Part shown: one piece after another, positions 1 to 13,900 of the stretch
Layout: each line of letters opens with the position of its first letter
How positions within the stretch are numbered: the first letter of the stretch is position 1
Assembly: GCA_012295275.1 (NCBI GenBank)
Contig: CM022677.1
Location: 13,516,001-13,580,000 of the forward strand
From: Chrysomallon squamiferum
Lineage: Eukaryota; Animalia; Mollusca
DNA: 64,000 bases
Direction of reading: 5' to 3'
Program-made: the position numbers and the translations under genes
Notes under the pieces: generated by a model
What the model was told of the DNA's origin: nothing
Seen by the model: the letters and a program-made list of their open reading frames with translations, nothing else
Database searches by the model: none

Positions 1-153
1 AAAAATAAAAAATGCAAGTAATGAGATAGCAGTTGACAAAAATATTACATTCTGATTATTTTTACCTTACTTTTTATACAAATATCATAATCATCTTTGT
101 CAGTTAAAGAGGTGACACATGTGAATGGATAAGAAAAGACAGTGTTAACTTAC

Positions 154-711
154 TTGATCTCTTCAAGTTTTGTTTGATATTTTTTGTGTGATTGTCTAAT
201 GTTCCCAACATGAGTAACCTTTACTTCCACTGTACAACTGAGTCTCATCTCCTACAAAGAACTATATGGCTTAAGGAATGTTGAATGTTGAAATCAGTTC
301 ATAAAGAAAAACAGATCTATGCTAATTCTGTTGAAGGTGCTTCTGAATGAAAAATTCTACTTTAGCTTTAATTATATGACTCAAATTTATTTTAGACACA
401 TTTGTCATGCTAGCTTTAGATTATTTTTCAGTAAATAATTTGAATTGATAACTGCATCATTAAATCTCATTAGAATACGAAACAAAATATTTAAAAAAGG
501 TTTCATTTTAATGTTTTTCTTTGCCTGGTTTTAGCATTTCAAGTTTTTCAAATTTTTTCTCCCTGATATTTGACTGTTGAGATTGGTGACCTGGTGTAAG
601 ACTCTCCAACTTAAGAATTGTTGTCCAGGATAACAAAATTGAGCTTTTCATCGACAGAACTTTCAACAACTCTGAGTCAGAGTTATATTGTGGTGCACTG
701 CCTAGTTGTAA

Positions 712-742
<31 letters not shown>

Positions 743-1539
743 AATACTGCTACTACTACATTTACTGCAACACTACATGCTACTTTTACTACCCTCATTA
801 ATGTAACTAATATTTACTGTTATTCCTTATTCAGCTAGGGTTACTATTATTTTTTACTCTCTTCACTATTATTCCTATGCCTGAATTTCTTTATACTAAT
901 ATTATTATAATTACTACAACAACAACTATGACTACTATTACTACTACTATCACTGCTGTTACTCTACTCTTCTTGTTACATTTATCATTTCTCTAAAAAC
1001 AACTACTATTAGTACTGCTACTACTACTACTACTACCACTACTACTGTTTACCAGGATGTCATCCAGGTGCTGTCAGTTTAATCAGGAAGCTGTCTGCAA
1101 CTGAAGGGAGACAATTACAAGATGATTCAATTTACCCTGACTTTTTGACAGTGAGACCTTAAAATTAATTAAGTTTATATAAATAATTTAAAAAGAAAAC
1201 AACACAACAACAGCATTAACAAGAATAAATCCTTTTACTTAGTATTCCTTGTTTTTCTTATTTCTACCATTGGATTAGCTTTGGTTAGAGTTAGGGTAAG
1301 GACTAGTGTTAGGGTTAGGACGAAAGTAAGGATTAGGTTTAGGCTATTTATTTATTTATTATTGATTCTTTTTTATTATTTTTATTGTTCTTTTTTTTTT
1401 TAAATGAATTTATTTATTACCAATGGCAAGTTCTTCCATTTCATTTTCTATTATGTTTTTCTTCTGGTTGTTAAGATACAATCTCGTCAATGGTGATGAC
1501 TTCCCAACCACTGAAAATAGTGACAACAGTCCTTCCTTC
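154..1539 (-). pseudogene. IRAG1/IRAG2: IRAG/MRVI1/LRMP(Jaw1)-family gene fragment, copy A (degenerate exons about 1421-1539, 1053-1100, 508-700, 154-251)
   Basis: The AG/GT-bounded exon 251->154 translates EMRLSCTVEVKVTHVGNIRQSHKKYQTKLEEIK, resembling the IRAG coiled-coil [34 protein letters not shown] (recalled). The upstream exons are colinear with copies B and C. The 1053-1100 exon carries an in-frame TGA. Confidence 0.7.
1281..1345 (+). repeat. Degenerate TTAGGG-like tract (also at about 39085-39160 and 54030-54100)
   Basis: ggttagagttagggtaaggactagtgttagggttagg; present in all three duplicated copies of the same intron. Confidence 0.6.
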
Positions 1540-1629
1540 CTGATAGGAAAACAATATTAAAAAAAAAAAAAAACTTCAAAAACTTTAATTTCAAATTTAA
1601 AATGTGAGGAAGCAGGAACTACAGCTACT

Positions 1630-4545
1630 GGTGTTTTCTTAAGGAATCCAGGACAGTAATGGTCTGCCAGTATTGGTCAGGGGTATGAAATGTTATCTGT
1701 GTGTCTGAGGTCAAAGAGAGTTCAAGAGAGAAGAGAGAATATTAGGCAGGGGAGAAAGACATTTGAGACAATTCTCTGCATTATGATTACTATACTTCTA
1801 TAACATTATATTGTTATTGTATGTCATGAAGTATAAATAGGTAGAGAAAATAAAGATGTAATTGAAGTGGCACGTGTGTAGTTTTTGTGTGAGGGTGTTT
1901 TATGCACCTGGCCACAAATGGCATCACCTACAGGATTGTAAGTTGTTTAAGTTTACAGACAATTGTTAAATTTAAAACAGGCAGTTGATAAATCTGAAAT
2001 GAGAACAATGAAGAAACAAAGTGTGAGGCAGCTGGACTTTCCAGAAAAATGCAGATGAAGACAAACTGAATATTTAAAGTTGCAAAGGAACAGAAGATCA
2101 AAGAACATTAACAACACCTGTGGAGAGAGAGAGAGAGAGAGAGATGCATTACAACATAAACTGTGTGGTGGATAAACATTGACATCATCAGGATAATTAA
2201 CAGATTGATTCTGTGACTGTGTTGCTATTTTGTTGTTTTGCTTCACTTTATGGTTAAATGTAAATTGTCATTATTGGCCACAACCAATGAAAGGTAGGTT
2301 ATTATGAAATGTATGAATGTGAATGAATGACAAGTGTGAGTTTTATATTACATAACTGAACTATACTGGCATTCTGTCAATCAAACTGTTTTATAACATG
2401 TAAGCAAGAACTGATATGGGTAACTGGGGATTAATGGGTAAATTGTAAAAATTATGATCTGCGGAACTATAATCGCATAAAGAGGAATGGCCTATACAGT
2501 AAAGTTGAATTTCACAAAAAAACAGTTGTTTACATGTGTTGACGCAGTAATGGCCATCAATGGTCAATAGCCTTGGCTAAGATAACCATGTGAGGTAAAC
2601 AGCCCTGACTGGCAGCAGTTAAGTGCATCTGGAGTAAATTTAAAATAAAATTGTTGGAGAGAACAGTTATGATCTGATAGTTAAAACTTGAAATACTAAA
2701 ACAAAGTAAATGATTTTGTCATTTCACTTAGTGTGTAATAATGAATTCCAGGTAAAGTAAATTTGCATTTAAAAAACACTATATATTAAAATACTAATTT
2801 AAATAAAAGTTTAAATTGACAGATATATATAATACTGGCTGCTGGCATGAGCATGGCATAACTTGCTTTTTGTAACATATCACTGAATTCCCAGCTGACT
2901 TTAATTTATAAAGCTTTGCAAAATGGTGAAAACTAAAAAGCTAAAAGATCAGGTGGCAGAGTTGCAGGATGCTTTACAGGAAGAAATAGCTGTGACTCAA
3001 TTACTTAATGAGGAAATGCTGAGTCTATACAATGAGAAAGAACTAAACGAGAAAGAACTAAACCTGTTTATTTTATATCGGAAACGAGATAAAGGTAAGC
3101 AAATTTAATGGGTCAGACAATGGCCTCAAATTTAGAGATTTTCAGGATCAGGTAGAAAGGATATTTCTACATCAGAGCCTTGCAGAAAAGGAGCAGGCTA
3201 GTTTTATATTAGAAGATGAAGCGAAAGAAGAAATTAGGTTGAGGTCACAACAAGACCAAGAGAATCCACAAGTGTTTGGGACGTTCTGCAATAAGATTTT
3301 TGAAGATAGATAATCAGTGGCATGAACTTCAGAAGTTATTTTTTGATCAATCACAGAAGGAAGGCAAAGCAAAGAGAATTCTTTTACTGTCTGTCTGAAT
3401 TATTAGATAGAGTGTGCAGGAAAAACACAGCTATGGTGCCCGACAGTTTTCTTAAAATGTGAGAATCTGAAGAAAGAACTAAAACAATTAGTCCGGCAGA
3501 GAGATGGCATGACCTTTCTTCAGTTATGGGAAGAAGCCTTTAAACTGTTGGAAGATATGGGGTGTTCCAGAACTGCAAAACACAAAGTAACATCCAGAAC
3601 AGTGGTTGCCGATGTCACTTCTTAAACATCAACATACCAAAGCAGCATAAGCAGATAGAAAATCTATCTGATATGTTTGCAACTACACTGCAACATATTC
3701 AGCAAACTACTTCTCCACCAGCAATCAACCCTCCTGTTTTTTATTACAACAGCCCTGGCTATTTCGCTAGGGACTGCACTAGAAGCAGGCAGAGAGATTT
3801 TCCCAGATGTAGGTGGATAAGTAGAAGACAAGGAAGTCAATACCCTGTACACTCTACCTAGGAGTACAACAAGATGACGAGGTTTGGTTGGAGATCAGCA
3901 AGAGCAGACAGGAAAATTCAACCCTCTACTGTTGTGAGTCGGACAGTACAGGAAAAAGGTTCTGACTTATCCGAGTCTGTTTACAATCAAGAATTTGACA
4001 GAACTGTTTCTGACTGTCCAATGGTCCAAATGTCTATTATCTAAGATTATCTCCTCGGACACAAATTTACTATCTATACAGACAACAATCCACTAAGTCA
4101 TCTTGGTACCATAAAATGATGTGCAGTGGAACAGAGATGGGTGTCACAGCTGGTGGCATTTGAATTTGATGTGAAATATTCAGTGCAACACAATAAGAAT
4201 GCTGATGGTCTATTCAGGAAGATATTTCATGGAATGATGTCTACTTCAGTGGAAGCTGCTTTGAGATACTGCTAGTAGTACATAAGTTCCACACACAATG
4301 AGACAAGTTCTAAACAGTGGTGGAAGAAAAGTCACACAAGTAACAGTCACAGCTGAACAGCCATAACCTCATTTCCCAGCTACTCTTTAGAACATCTAGC
4401 AGTGATGCAGGCAAAAGACAAGTTAATAAAAAGACTGCTGAGACATGGCTAGAGGCAGAAAACAGTTCAGAGCTGAGAGGAAATTAGAAGAATCTGGGTT
4501 GTTAATACTAATCTGAAAATGGGACAGATTATTTCTTTAAACATG
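1630..4545 (+). mobile_element. Decayed Ty3/Gypsy LTR retrotransposon, copy A (partial 5' LTR, PBS-like site, gag, RNase H remnants)
   Basis: LTR-like end ...ggccaca at 1916 is followed by PBS-like TGGCATCACCTACAGGA at 1919. Gag-like KVSKFNGSD..FRDFQDQVERIFLHQSLAEKEQASFILEDEAKEEIRLR (about 3090-3280), a degenerate Zn knuckle FYYNSPGYFARDC (about 3740-3780) and RNase H KDYLLGHKFTIYTDNNPLSHL..QRWVSQL..HNKNADGL (about 4045-4215). Many stops and frameshifts; RT is deleted. Confidence 0.88.
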
Positions 4546-6150
4546 AGTATGGCTAGTGTCTTACCTCCAGAACAATAGCAGATTCCAGCTCTGTAGTTGA
4601 TGTCTGACAACAATAAATATGGGTTATGCTAGTGTTTTACCACTACAACAACATCAGACATATAGTGTATGTCTGACAACAACAATAAATCTGGTATCAC
4701 TAGTGTTTTACCACTACATCAACAGCAGACACATAATGGATGTCTGAGAACAATAAATCTGGTATCACTAGTGTTTTACCACTACATCAACAGCAGATAC
4801 AGAGTGGATGTCTGAGAACAATAAATCTGGTATCACTAGTGTTTTACCACTACAACTACAGCAGTTATGTAGTGTATTTGTGATAATGGATAATGTAAAT
4901 ATGGATATCTTTAGTGTTTTACCACTACAGCAACAACAGACATGTAGTCATGTAGTCAGTCTCGCACAACAATAAATATGGTTATCCCTAGTGTTTTACC
5001 ACTACAACAACATCAGACATGTACAATAAATATGGGAATCGCTGCTGTTTTACAACTAACTCAACAACAGACTGTACTGTATGTCTGACAACAACAATAA
5101 ATATGGGTATCCCTAGTATTTTACCACTACAACAACAGCATACATGTATTCGGTGTCTCACAACAATAAATATGGGTATCCCCATTATTTTACCACTACA
5201 ACAACAGCATAGATGTAGTCGATGTCTCACAACAATAAATATCGGTATCCCTAGTATTTTACCACTACAACAACAGCATACATGTAGTCGATGTCTCACA
5301 ATAATAAATATAGGTATCCCTAGTATTTTACCACTACAACAACAGCATACATGTAGTGGATGTCTCACAACAATAAATATGGTTATGGCTACTGTTTTGA
5401 AACTACCACAGCTACTGACTGATGTCTATGTCTGATAACAATAAATATGGGTATCACTAGTGTTTTACCACTACAACAACAGCAGACATGTAATGGATTC
5501 TGACAAATAATATATGTGGGTATCACTAGTGTTTTAACACTGTAACAACTGCAGATATGTAGTCATGTCTGATAAAAATATCAGTATATCACTACAACAA
5601 GAATAGACATATAGTGTATGTCTGACAATAATAAATATGGGTATCCCTAGTGTTTTACCACTACAGCAGACATATAGTGTATGTCTGACAACAATAAATA
5701 TGGGTATTCCTAGTGTTTTACCACTACAACAGACATGTAGTGTATGTCTGACAACAATAAATATGGGTATTCCTAGTGTTTTACCACTACAACAGACATG
5801 TAGTGTATGTCTGACAACAATAAATATGGGTATTCCTAGTGTTTTACCACTACAGCAGACATGAAGTGGATGTCTGACAATAATAAATATCGTTATCCCT
5901 TCTGTTTTAACACTACAAGAACAGACTTGTAGTGTATGTCTAACAACAATAAATAGTATGCCTAATAGTATGTAATAGTATGCCTAATGTATTACCACTA
6001 CAACAACTGCAGACATGAAGTGGATGTCTGACAATAATAAATATGGATATCACTACTGTTTTACCACTACAACAACATGAGACATGCAGTCAGTGTCTGA
6101 CAGTGATATGGGTATCACAAGTGCTTTCCACTATAATAACGGGTGACATA
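4545..6150 (+). repeat. 63-69 bp tandem minisatellite (roughly two dozen units)
   Basis: Repeating unit acaacaataaatatgggtatccctagtgttttaccactacaacaacagcagacatgtagtggatgtctg. ORFs 5019-5435 and 5637-5864 show 23-aa and 21-aa periodicity. Confidence 0.97.
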
Positions 6151-7242
6151 CAGCAAATGAGTGATAACAATTAAAAAGGTAATCATATTAGGCAATGTCT
6201 GTCAGTGATTAAAATAGCTATTAGAACAGGTGAACAAGGTCTGACAAAACCTAAAGAAAACCTAGTGAAACCTGTAATACCCTGAAGAAGACTTCTGAAA
6301 CAGTCTCCTCTTTGCTTCATAAAGTCCCACACTGAACCAGGTTCTCCAAGGACCACTTTTCAAAAGTCACTTCTTAAATGAACTTCAACTTTTGCTCCAT
6401 TTATATTCAAATAACCATATACTGTAAGTACTATTACAATATAATTCATAATCAATCCATTTTTTAAATCTATGTTTTCTTCTTTCTTTCTGACTGGAAA
6501 CTGCTTTGAGTCTGCACTGTGGAGGAAAATGTACAACTGTTGCCAGTGCTGAAAAAAACTGCAAAATGGAGTTTACAAATGTTAAACAATTTAATTGTTT
6601 GACCACATGAATCAAAGATGAATTTGACATAGGCTGAAATGACATAGAGCGAGGTAAGCTTGACACTTTAAATTGGTTATTAGACAGTTTGACACTACTA
6701 CAACTTTTAATAAAATAGAATAAATTCAGTGGCTGATCCGGTGGAAGTGAATTTAACTTTTTTTATTATTTTTTTTTTTTACTGTTCATTCCAAATATAA
6801 TTAATGAATTTTACAAAGTCACTGTACTAATCAAAATACATCAAACATGATGTATATTGCTATTTTAATCCTTTTATATAAAAGTTAAAAACATATTAAT
6901 CTGATTGCAAATAGGAATATAAAAACATTTGAGAAATTATTTTTATTAAAATTACATGTTGTAATCTGAAATACATACATTTAATACTTTACGTGGTAGG
7001 TGAGATATTAATAACATCAAATTACACATTTATACAAATGTTCTGTTCACTACTCTATTAGGATGTCCTGCAAATTATTACATTGATTCTATTCATTTTC
7101 AGTACATCATTTTACAAAAATACAAATGTATTATATTTTCAAATATGTGGTTTAATTCAGTATAAGAGAAAACATTTTGCATAGAATTATTTAAAACTGA
7201 AATAAAATGGAAAGGTTTATAATGAATAATGTATTTAAATAC

Positions 7243-7373
7243 CTGCTGGACAGCACCAAATACTTCAACTCTACTGGAGACTCGAGCTGCTCTTTGGTCC
7301 AAATTGTCAGTTCGACTTTGAATTGATCAACAATTTCTTGAATATTTTTATCCTTAACAAGCTGATTTAACTT
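7243..7373 (-). pseudogene. IRAG1/IRAG2: IRAG/MRVI1/LRMP-family exon (additional partial copy A')
   Basis: The 131-nt AG/GT-bounded exon reads KLNQLVKDKNIQEIVD/fs/IQSRTDNLDQRAARVSSRVEVFGAVQQ, matching the IRAG motif AARLSSRAEVVGAVRQ (recalled). It is nearly identical to 37625-37755. Confidence 0.78.
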
Positions 7374-9693
7374 CTGAAAATAAACAGTTTAAATCCACAG
7401 TTTAGTATATGCTGACATTGGACAAAAAAAAAAAGAGAGAGAGAGAGAGAACAAAAGATTTACATACATATGATATTCAAAAACAAAAAAGAAGACCTAA
7501 TATTATAGTATTGTTGATTAACTAGTTATTAAGACTACAACCTGATTCATCATTTTATTTACAAACACTGTGCTATTAAACAAACCATGAACATTGAGAG
7601 ACTGTAGACAACAGAAACTATAGACAACAGCTACAGTACATCCATCTCCAATGTATTTTAGTGTGTCTGTCATCACAGGAACAGTGACACTGTGTGAAGG
7701 CTGACAGTTCCATCTGGTAACAGGAAAGTTAAATATTTTAAAATACTCATAAAATATTATACTTCTTCTTTTATTTTAAAATATAGAAATTTACAGAAAA
7801 TAATCAGGTTTATATGAATGGAAGTGTTGTGTGTGTGTTTGTGTTGTAAAGAGAGAGTATGAATTAAAATGCATTATGATACAAGATTCTAATGTAAGTA
7901 CAATTTCCTACATTAATTTAAATTAAACTTCATTAGTTTTAGAATAATGAGAAATACATAAGAAAACAAACTCAAATTCACTGTTCAGTTTTCTGTGGCA
8001 GCAGTACAAACTTTATCCTCAGTGCTGGACAGCACCTTCTGCTGAAACAACTTCACTAGCCAACATCAGCGCATCAATTATGTGCATTCTGAAAAAAAGA
8101 AATACAAAATAAAATAATAGAAATAATAAATAATATAAATAAATAACTAATGTTTCTGTTATTATTAAAATTAAAATTTTGCTTTTATCAGTTACTGGAT
8201 TATTCAGACACAAAGGGGTGTGGAATATTTTCAATACACTTTGTATAATCATTATAATGATAATGATGATAATGGTAATAATTTAAATAATAAAAAAACA
8301 ACAGGCAACAAATGATTATTATTATGCTATTTTACAATCAGTGAAGAGTTGCTACTATAAAACTTATTTTACTTGTTAAGAAGTAAAAATAAGATTAAAA
8401 AACTTACAACTTGGAATTGTGCTGTCTGCAGTGTCTGTAGATCTGATTCATCCTTCTCCATAATGTAAATTCCCTTTCTAGACAGCAACTGAACAATACT
8501 GCAATACTTAACATCAACAGTAAACAATGTTTTTAGCCATTCCAACATGAACATAATACATTTTTTTTTTTATCAATCTACATTTGTCTGTTGTCTGAAT
8601 CACACACACACAACTATAAAACATACCCTGCCACTGTTGAGAGGGTCCAGGCCTGAATCATCAGTTGATTGAAACATCAATAGTCTTTTGTATCCCATCT
8701 GTAATGCTGTGATGCTGAAGTAGGGAATAGGGACCTTCATTGGTCCCACTCTGTTGTCTGAATCAGGTACAGGACTAGCTCAGTCCTTTGAATGATCTTG
8801 TTGAATGTTGCAGATACAGCCTCTGATGTGTTGTTTCTGTTGTTTTTCTTACGTTGACATGCATGGTAGTGTTAATGATACCTTTTTACCAATACAAGAA
8901 AGAGAATTTACTTTATGGAGATATGCTGGTAATCAGTCAAAATATAAGTAAAATATAAAGAAATATAAAATTATAATATATTTTATTTTACAAAAATACT
9001 AATGATATCAAAGTAAAATTTAAAAAGCTATATAACTATTATGTAAATTTGGTTTAAAAAGTAAAATGATATTAGTGATTTATGAAATAAAGTGAAATAA
9101 TAAGATGTAAAATTAAATTTATTTAACAAAAATACTAATTATAAAGAATAGAACAAAAAAATAAAGTGAAATAAAGATATGTAATATTAGATACCTCAAT
9201 CATGTTACAGAAATACAAATGCTATCAGCAAAAGCAGAAAATAAAATTAGATATGTAATTTATATTAAAAATATATAAATATTAATAAGAACAATACCAG
9301 TAAAAGTGATTTTAATAGTAAACAAAAAATCTTGCAAAAAAATGCAGTAAAAAGAAAAAAAATAAAATCAGTGACAATGAGTTTAGATTTATAATATTCA
9401 TATAATAATCTTAGTATTAAAATGTTTCTAAATATAATTTGAATGTTTGAAAATGTTTGTATGTGTGTTTGCTTGGGTAAGTATATATGTAATGCAAACA
9501 TTTGTACACCAATAAAAAGGAAATCAATGACATTATGGCAATTTAGGTTATAATAATAAGTTTAGTATTAAAATGTCTCTAAATATAATTTGAACTTATG
9601 TTTGAAATTTGTGTATGTGTTTGCATGAGCAAGTGCGTATGTATGCATATATGTAGATATGTGTGACGTGCACACATACACCTGTATGTTTAC

Positions 9694-12600
9694 CTGTTAG
9701 CACGTTTCAGGTCATTGACAAACTCTGCTGACTGCTGATGTCTGATTTCTGAGTTTTTAGAGATTTTCTCTAGAGCAGCCACTAACTCTTGTACTCTGAA
9801 TTTGTGTCGTTTTTTTCTCTTCTGAGCGACTCACACAGGTCCTGAGCTATCTCCATCACATCATTCAATCTCAACTCACAGATAGCTGGCACTGTCAGCT
9901 CATCATCTTCATCATCCTGATGATAAATGACTAGTCATTTAGAACTTTTTTTAGTAATTATGAAAGCTATCAGATTATCATCCTTGTCATTATGATATAA
10001 AATTAAAATTTGATTATAATAATTAAATTAAAATTGTATAAACCATAAACAATTATCTTCTTCATCATGATGATAAATGATTGAAACTCAGTTACCTAAT
10101 AAAATTAAAATTATTAAATGATGAATCAAGTTTTAAAACATTTAAAATTTTAATAATTGCAAATGTTTTGAATTCATTATTATTTTAAAAGAACAAGTTC
10201 AGTAGTTATGGCATACAAAATCAATGTTATGACAACCTATCATTATTTTATTATTACATTTCTGTTACACTCAGTATTCTTTGAAAACATACTGTTTAAA
10301 ATTATAATAAAGAACTGTGAATACAGCATCAGTAGTTATGACACACAGAATCAATGACATTATATATTCTTTAGTTTTCTGTGTTTATATGAACAAGTCA
10401 ATACATTTAGAATACTCACTTAATAAAATAAATAGACAGTCTATCAAGTAAGTTATTATTATTATTTAGATGTGTTTATATGACAAATGAGTGTTTTAGA
10501 ATACACACATAATAAAATCAGTAGACAGTATATGAAGTTGGTCATTATTATTTAATTTTGGGGCTACATTTCATAAGACTGCCCTTCATAGCCATCAGCT
10601 CCTGCATTAACACAGCATTTTCAACTATAACAAAAATGTAACAATTTATTATGTAACTCTTTCAGCAGTAAACAAAAATGTAATAATTTATCCTTTAACT
10701 ATTTTTGCTATAAACTTTTAAAATCGTGTATTTACTAACAACTTTACAGTACTTTTTTTCATGAATATAACAATTTCATGCAGTTACTAACAATTTAGCT
10801 GTTACTCTTTCATAAAAAGACTTAATGCAGAAATTATTAACACAAGCCATACTATATTACTGAAGGAAAAAGCAATCTCTATAATTAAGTTTTGTGTTTC
10901 AATTCTACCTACAAATAAAAATGTAAATATAATTATTTTAATATTTATGCGGAGTTACCTTTCTTTTCAACTTCTCCCTGTCATCGTTAATATGTTCAAT
11001 ATGGCTACATAGCTGTGCAAGTTCTATTTCCTGTCTGCCTATCTGTTCTTGTAGAGCTGACATTCATCGTTGTCTTTTTCTACGTCGTCTCTGAGACGTT
11101 GAACGACGTTGCAATCAACATTGTGGAGAGGAAAGCATTTTCTTTCTGCAGTGGCTGACTCCAGGTCTGTGACAACTCGGGAAAATTTTGCATTTATTTC
11201 ATTACCTTTTTCTAAAAGAACCAACAACAAAAAAAAAACGTTTATTATTATTCTCAGTTTTTATGTGTACGTATTATATAATAAATTGCTATTTATATAA
11301 TAAATTGCTATTTATATAATAAATTAAAATTAAAATTAATAAACTTTTAAAACAATTGGACATCTATCTAAAACAGCTAAAACTGTACAGACAAAAAAAA
11401 AAAAAATATATTTATATATATAAAAGTAAATGATTACCAGGTCTCGCAGGCTGGGAGCCATTTGCATTATTCTCGTTGATACTTCCTCCATCATCGCTTT
11501 TGTCCGATCATCTTCTTCTCTACACAGAAATGAAAAGAAAAAAGAAAAAAAACGTTCAAATGTCTTTACACTTTCTGGAATTTGGTATTTTCAACAAATT
11601 CCTAGAAATTATTTCTTAGTCTTTCATTAAACACAGTGAAGAACAGCAAGCTAATGGTGTTGTTTTACATCTGAAGAATGACTGACTTGACTCATACAAT
11701 GAAAGAAAACAATGGTTAAATGTCTTCACATATTTCTGGAATTTCAGGTTTCCAGGAATCTTTTCTTGTCCATTAAAAACAGTGAAAAGCCAGCAAACAA
11801 ATGGTATTATTTTACAATATATAATGACAATCCAAAACTATTTTTCATTATGTGTCCAGATATATTATATTATTGTTTTTATCATTCATTAAAAGCAGGG
11901 AAGAACAGCAAACTCACACTATTATTTAATAAAGACTACTGACTTGATGACATTAATCTGGTGTCTGTCTGTTTTCTTCATCAGCTCTGCAATGACGCTG
12001 TGAAGTTCAGTGACGCGTTCCTCGTAGCTGCCGCTGTCTGGTCAACTCTGTCATCAAAGTCTTTCTGACTGTGAATCTTCTCAGTCTTAGTGACAACAAA
12101 CAATCAGATTTCAGTAACAAACACATAAAATAATAATTAAAAATACAGGATAAGAACATTATTTATTAATGCAAATATAAAATCAAAATAAACTAATAAT
12201 AATAATAAAAGAAAAATATTTATTAACGGTACATACATCCTTTTATAAATAAGAATGCAATATGCTATTATAAAAAAAAATAATAATAATACTATTTAAA
12301 ATCACATTAGAAACATTATATATTTATATATGTATATTAGTAAGCTTGTAAATTACAAAATAATAAAATGACAAAATATTTAGAATCACTAAAATATTTG
12401 AAGTTTTGAATGGTTTTTGGATAAAACTGTGTATTACTAAATTTAAAACATACAGACTAAATTCTCTTAGTATTCAAAATCACAAGACATTTTTTTTATG
12501 AATTTGAATGTTTATATATTGAACCTATGTATTCTTTGTTTTAGTGTCTGCTTAAGAAAACATCATCAATAAATAATCAAATAAATACATAAATAACCAA

Positions 12601-12975
12601 ATAAGGCAGAAAGTAAATATATAATAATTAAAACTTTTTAAATTTAAATTTGGTCATCAGATTAACGTAAATATTTTCTAAATCTTTTCCATGAAGATAG
12701 CCAGAGTAGCTTTAAATCATCACCAAGAGTTATTGCCAAACACGTTATTTTCTAGTCAGGCTATATTCTTAAAATAACAACATTAAAAGGCAGGTGGAGA
12801 TTTAATTTCAGGCTAATGCTAGGATAAAAAAAAAAAAAAAAATTAAAAAAAAAAACAAATCATTTCTTACCTGACATTTAGTCAGTTATTTTTCTAACTG
12901 ATCTCTTACGGCTGTTACTTGTGCCAACCTGTTGTTCAGCTCGATTATCTCCCATTTCAGAGAGGTCAAGGCCAC
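9694..12975 (-). pseudogene. MCC: MCC (mutated in colorectal cancers) homolog: unprocessed, internally deleted pseudogene; exons 12871-12975, 11944-12085, 11438-11519, 10959-11211, 9694-9916
   Basis: AG/GT-bounded exons translate VALTSLKWEIIELNNRLAQVTAVRDQLEK*LTKCQ; ...YEERVTELHSVIAELMKKTDRH; ...NAKFSRVVTDLESA...INDDREKLKRK; ...KFRVQELVAALEKISKNSEIRHQQSAEFVNDLKRAN. These match recalled MCC motifs (ALASLKGDIVELNKRL, YEERITELHSVIAEL, SEIRHQQSAEFVNDLKRANS). One nonsense codon and several frameshifts. Confidence 0.92.
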
Positions 12976-13110
12976 CTGGCGAAGCAGGGAAAGAAAATAA
13001 ATAATTTTAAATTATTACATTTTACAACTAAATTAAAACATGTTATTTTTGAATGTTTGTGATTCAGTCTATTTTATCATTCCTAAAGCTAATTAATGAA
13101 AAAAATATCG

Positions 13111-13146
<36 letters not shown>

Positions 13147-13851
13147 TCATAAATAGTGAAAATAAACTAAATATTTTAAAATAAAATACATACGTGCATG
13201 TATAAGTTGTTGTTACTGCTCTTGTTACGTTAAAACGCATGTGTGTGTGTGTGAAAGTGATTTGAATTGTAAGCTATTTTATAAAACTCAGCTATAAATA
13301 CTACTTGCTATTATTTGTATTAGTTATTACAACTACTTCTGCTACTTGCTACTAAGAATAACTGTAATTAATCATGTACGAGCAGTATGTCTGTAAGGAA
13401 CAGAACATAAATAATCCGAATAAAACAAAATATGAATGCAATTAAATATAACAACAAAAGAACGATCGTTAATATATTGTTATTCATTATTACAAAAATT
13501 CAGCTAAATTACTCAAAAAAATTAAAGTTGAGTCTTGTAACAAGTTTCTATGTCGTATTGTTTAATAATTTATTTTCGATTATCTGCACTTTAAAACTAT
13601 CCAGAAACGCAGACGACAAAACATTTTAGAACCTAAATTACAAACATGTACTTCAAACTATATAAAGAAAGAAAGAAAAAAAAAAAGTACTGTAGCATTA
13701 CCTGAATATACAAAGAAATCAACTCTTCATGATTCTTAGAATCTACATTTATTTGCAAAATCCATAAATAACAAATACCGCAAATAACAGCAGAAATCCC
13801 GCACCCCGCAAAAACAAAAAAATTATATGAGAGTAATCTCCCTTCAGCTAC

Positions 13852-13900
<49 letters not shown>

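Noticed and set aside
1281-1345. Interstitial telomere or chromosome-fusion site
   Set aside because: Short and highly degenerate, in a single orientation, and simply carried along in the duplicated intron.
4545-6150. CRISPR-like array, or Cys-rich repeat protein ORFs (5019-5435, 5637-5864, 4988-5368)
   Set aside because: The units are contiguous tandem copies with no unique spacers, there are no cas genes, and the context is eukaryotic. The ORFs arise only because some unit lengths are multiples of three, and they break in neighbouring units.
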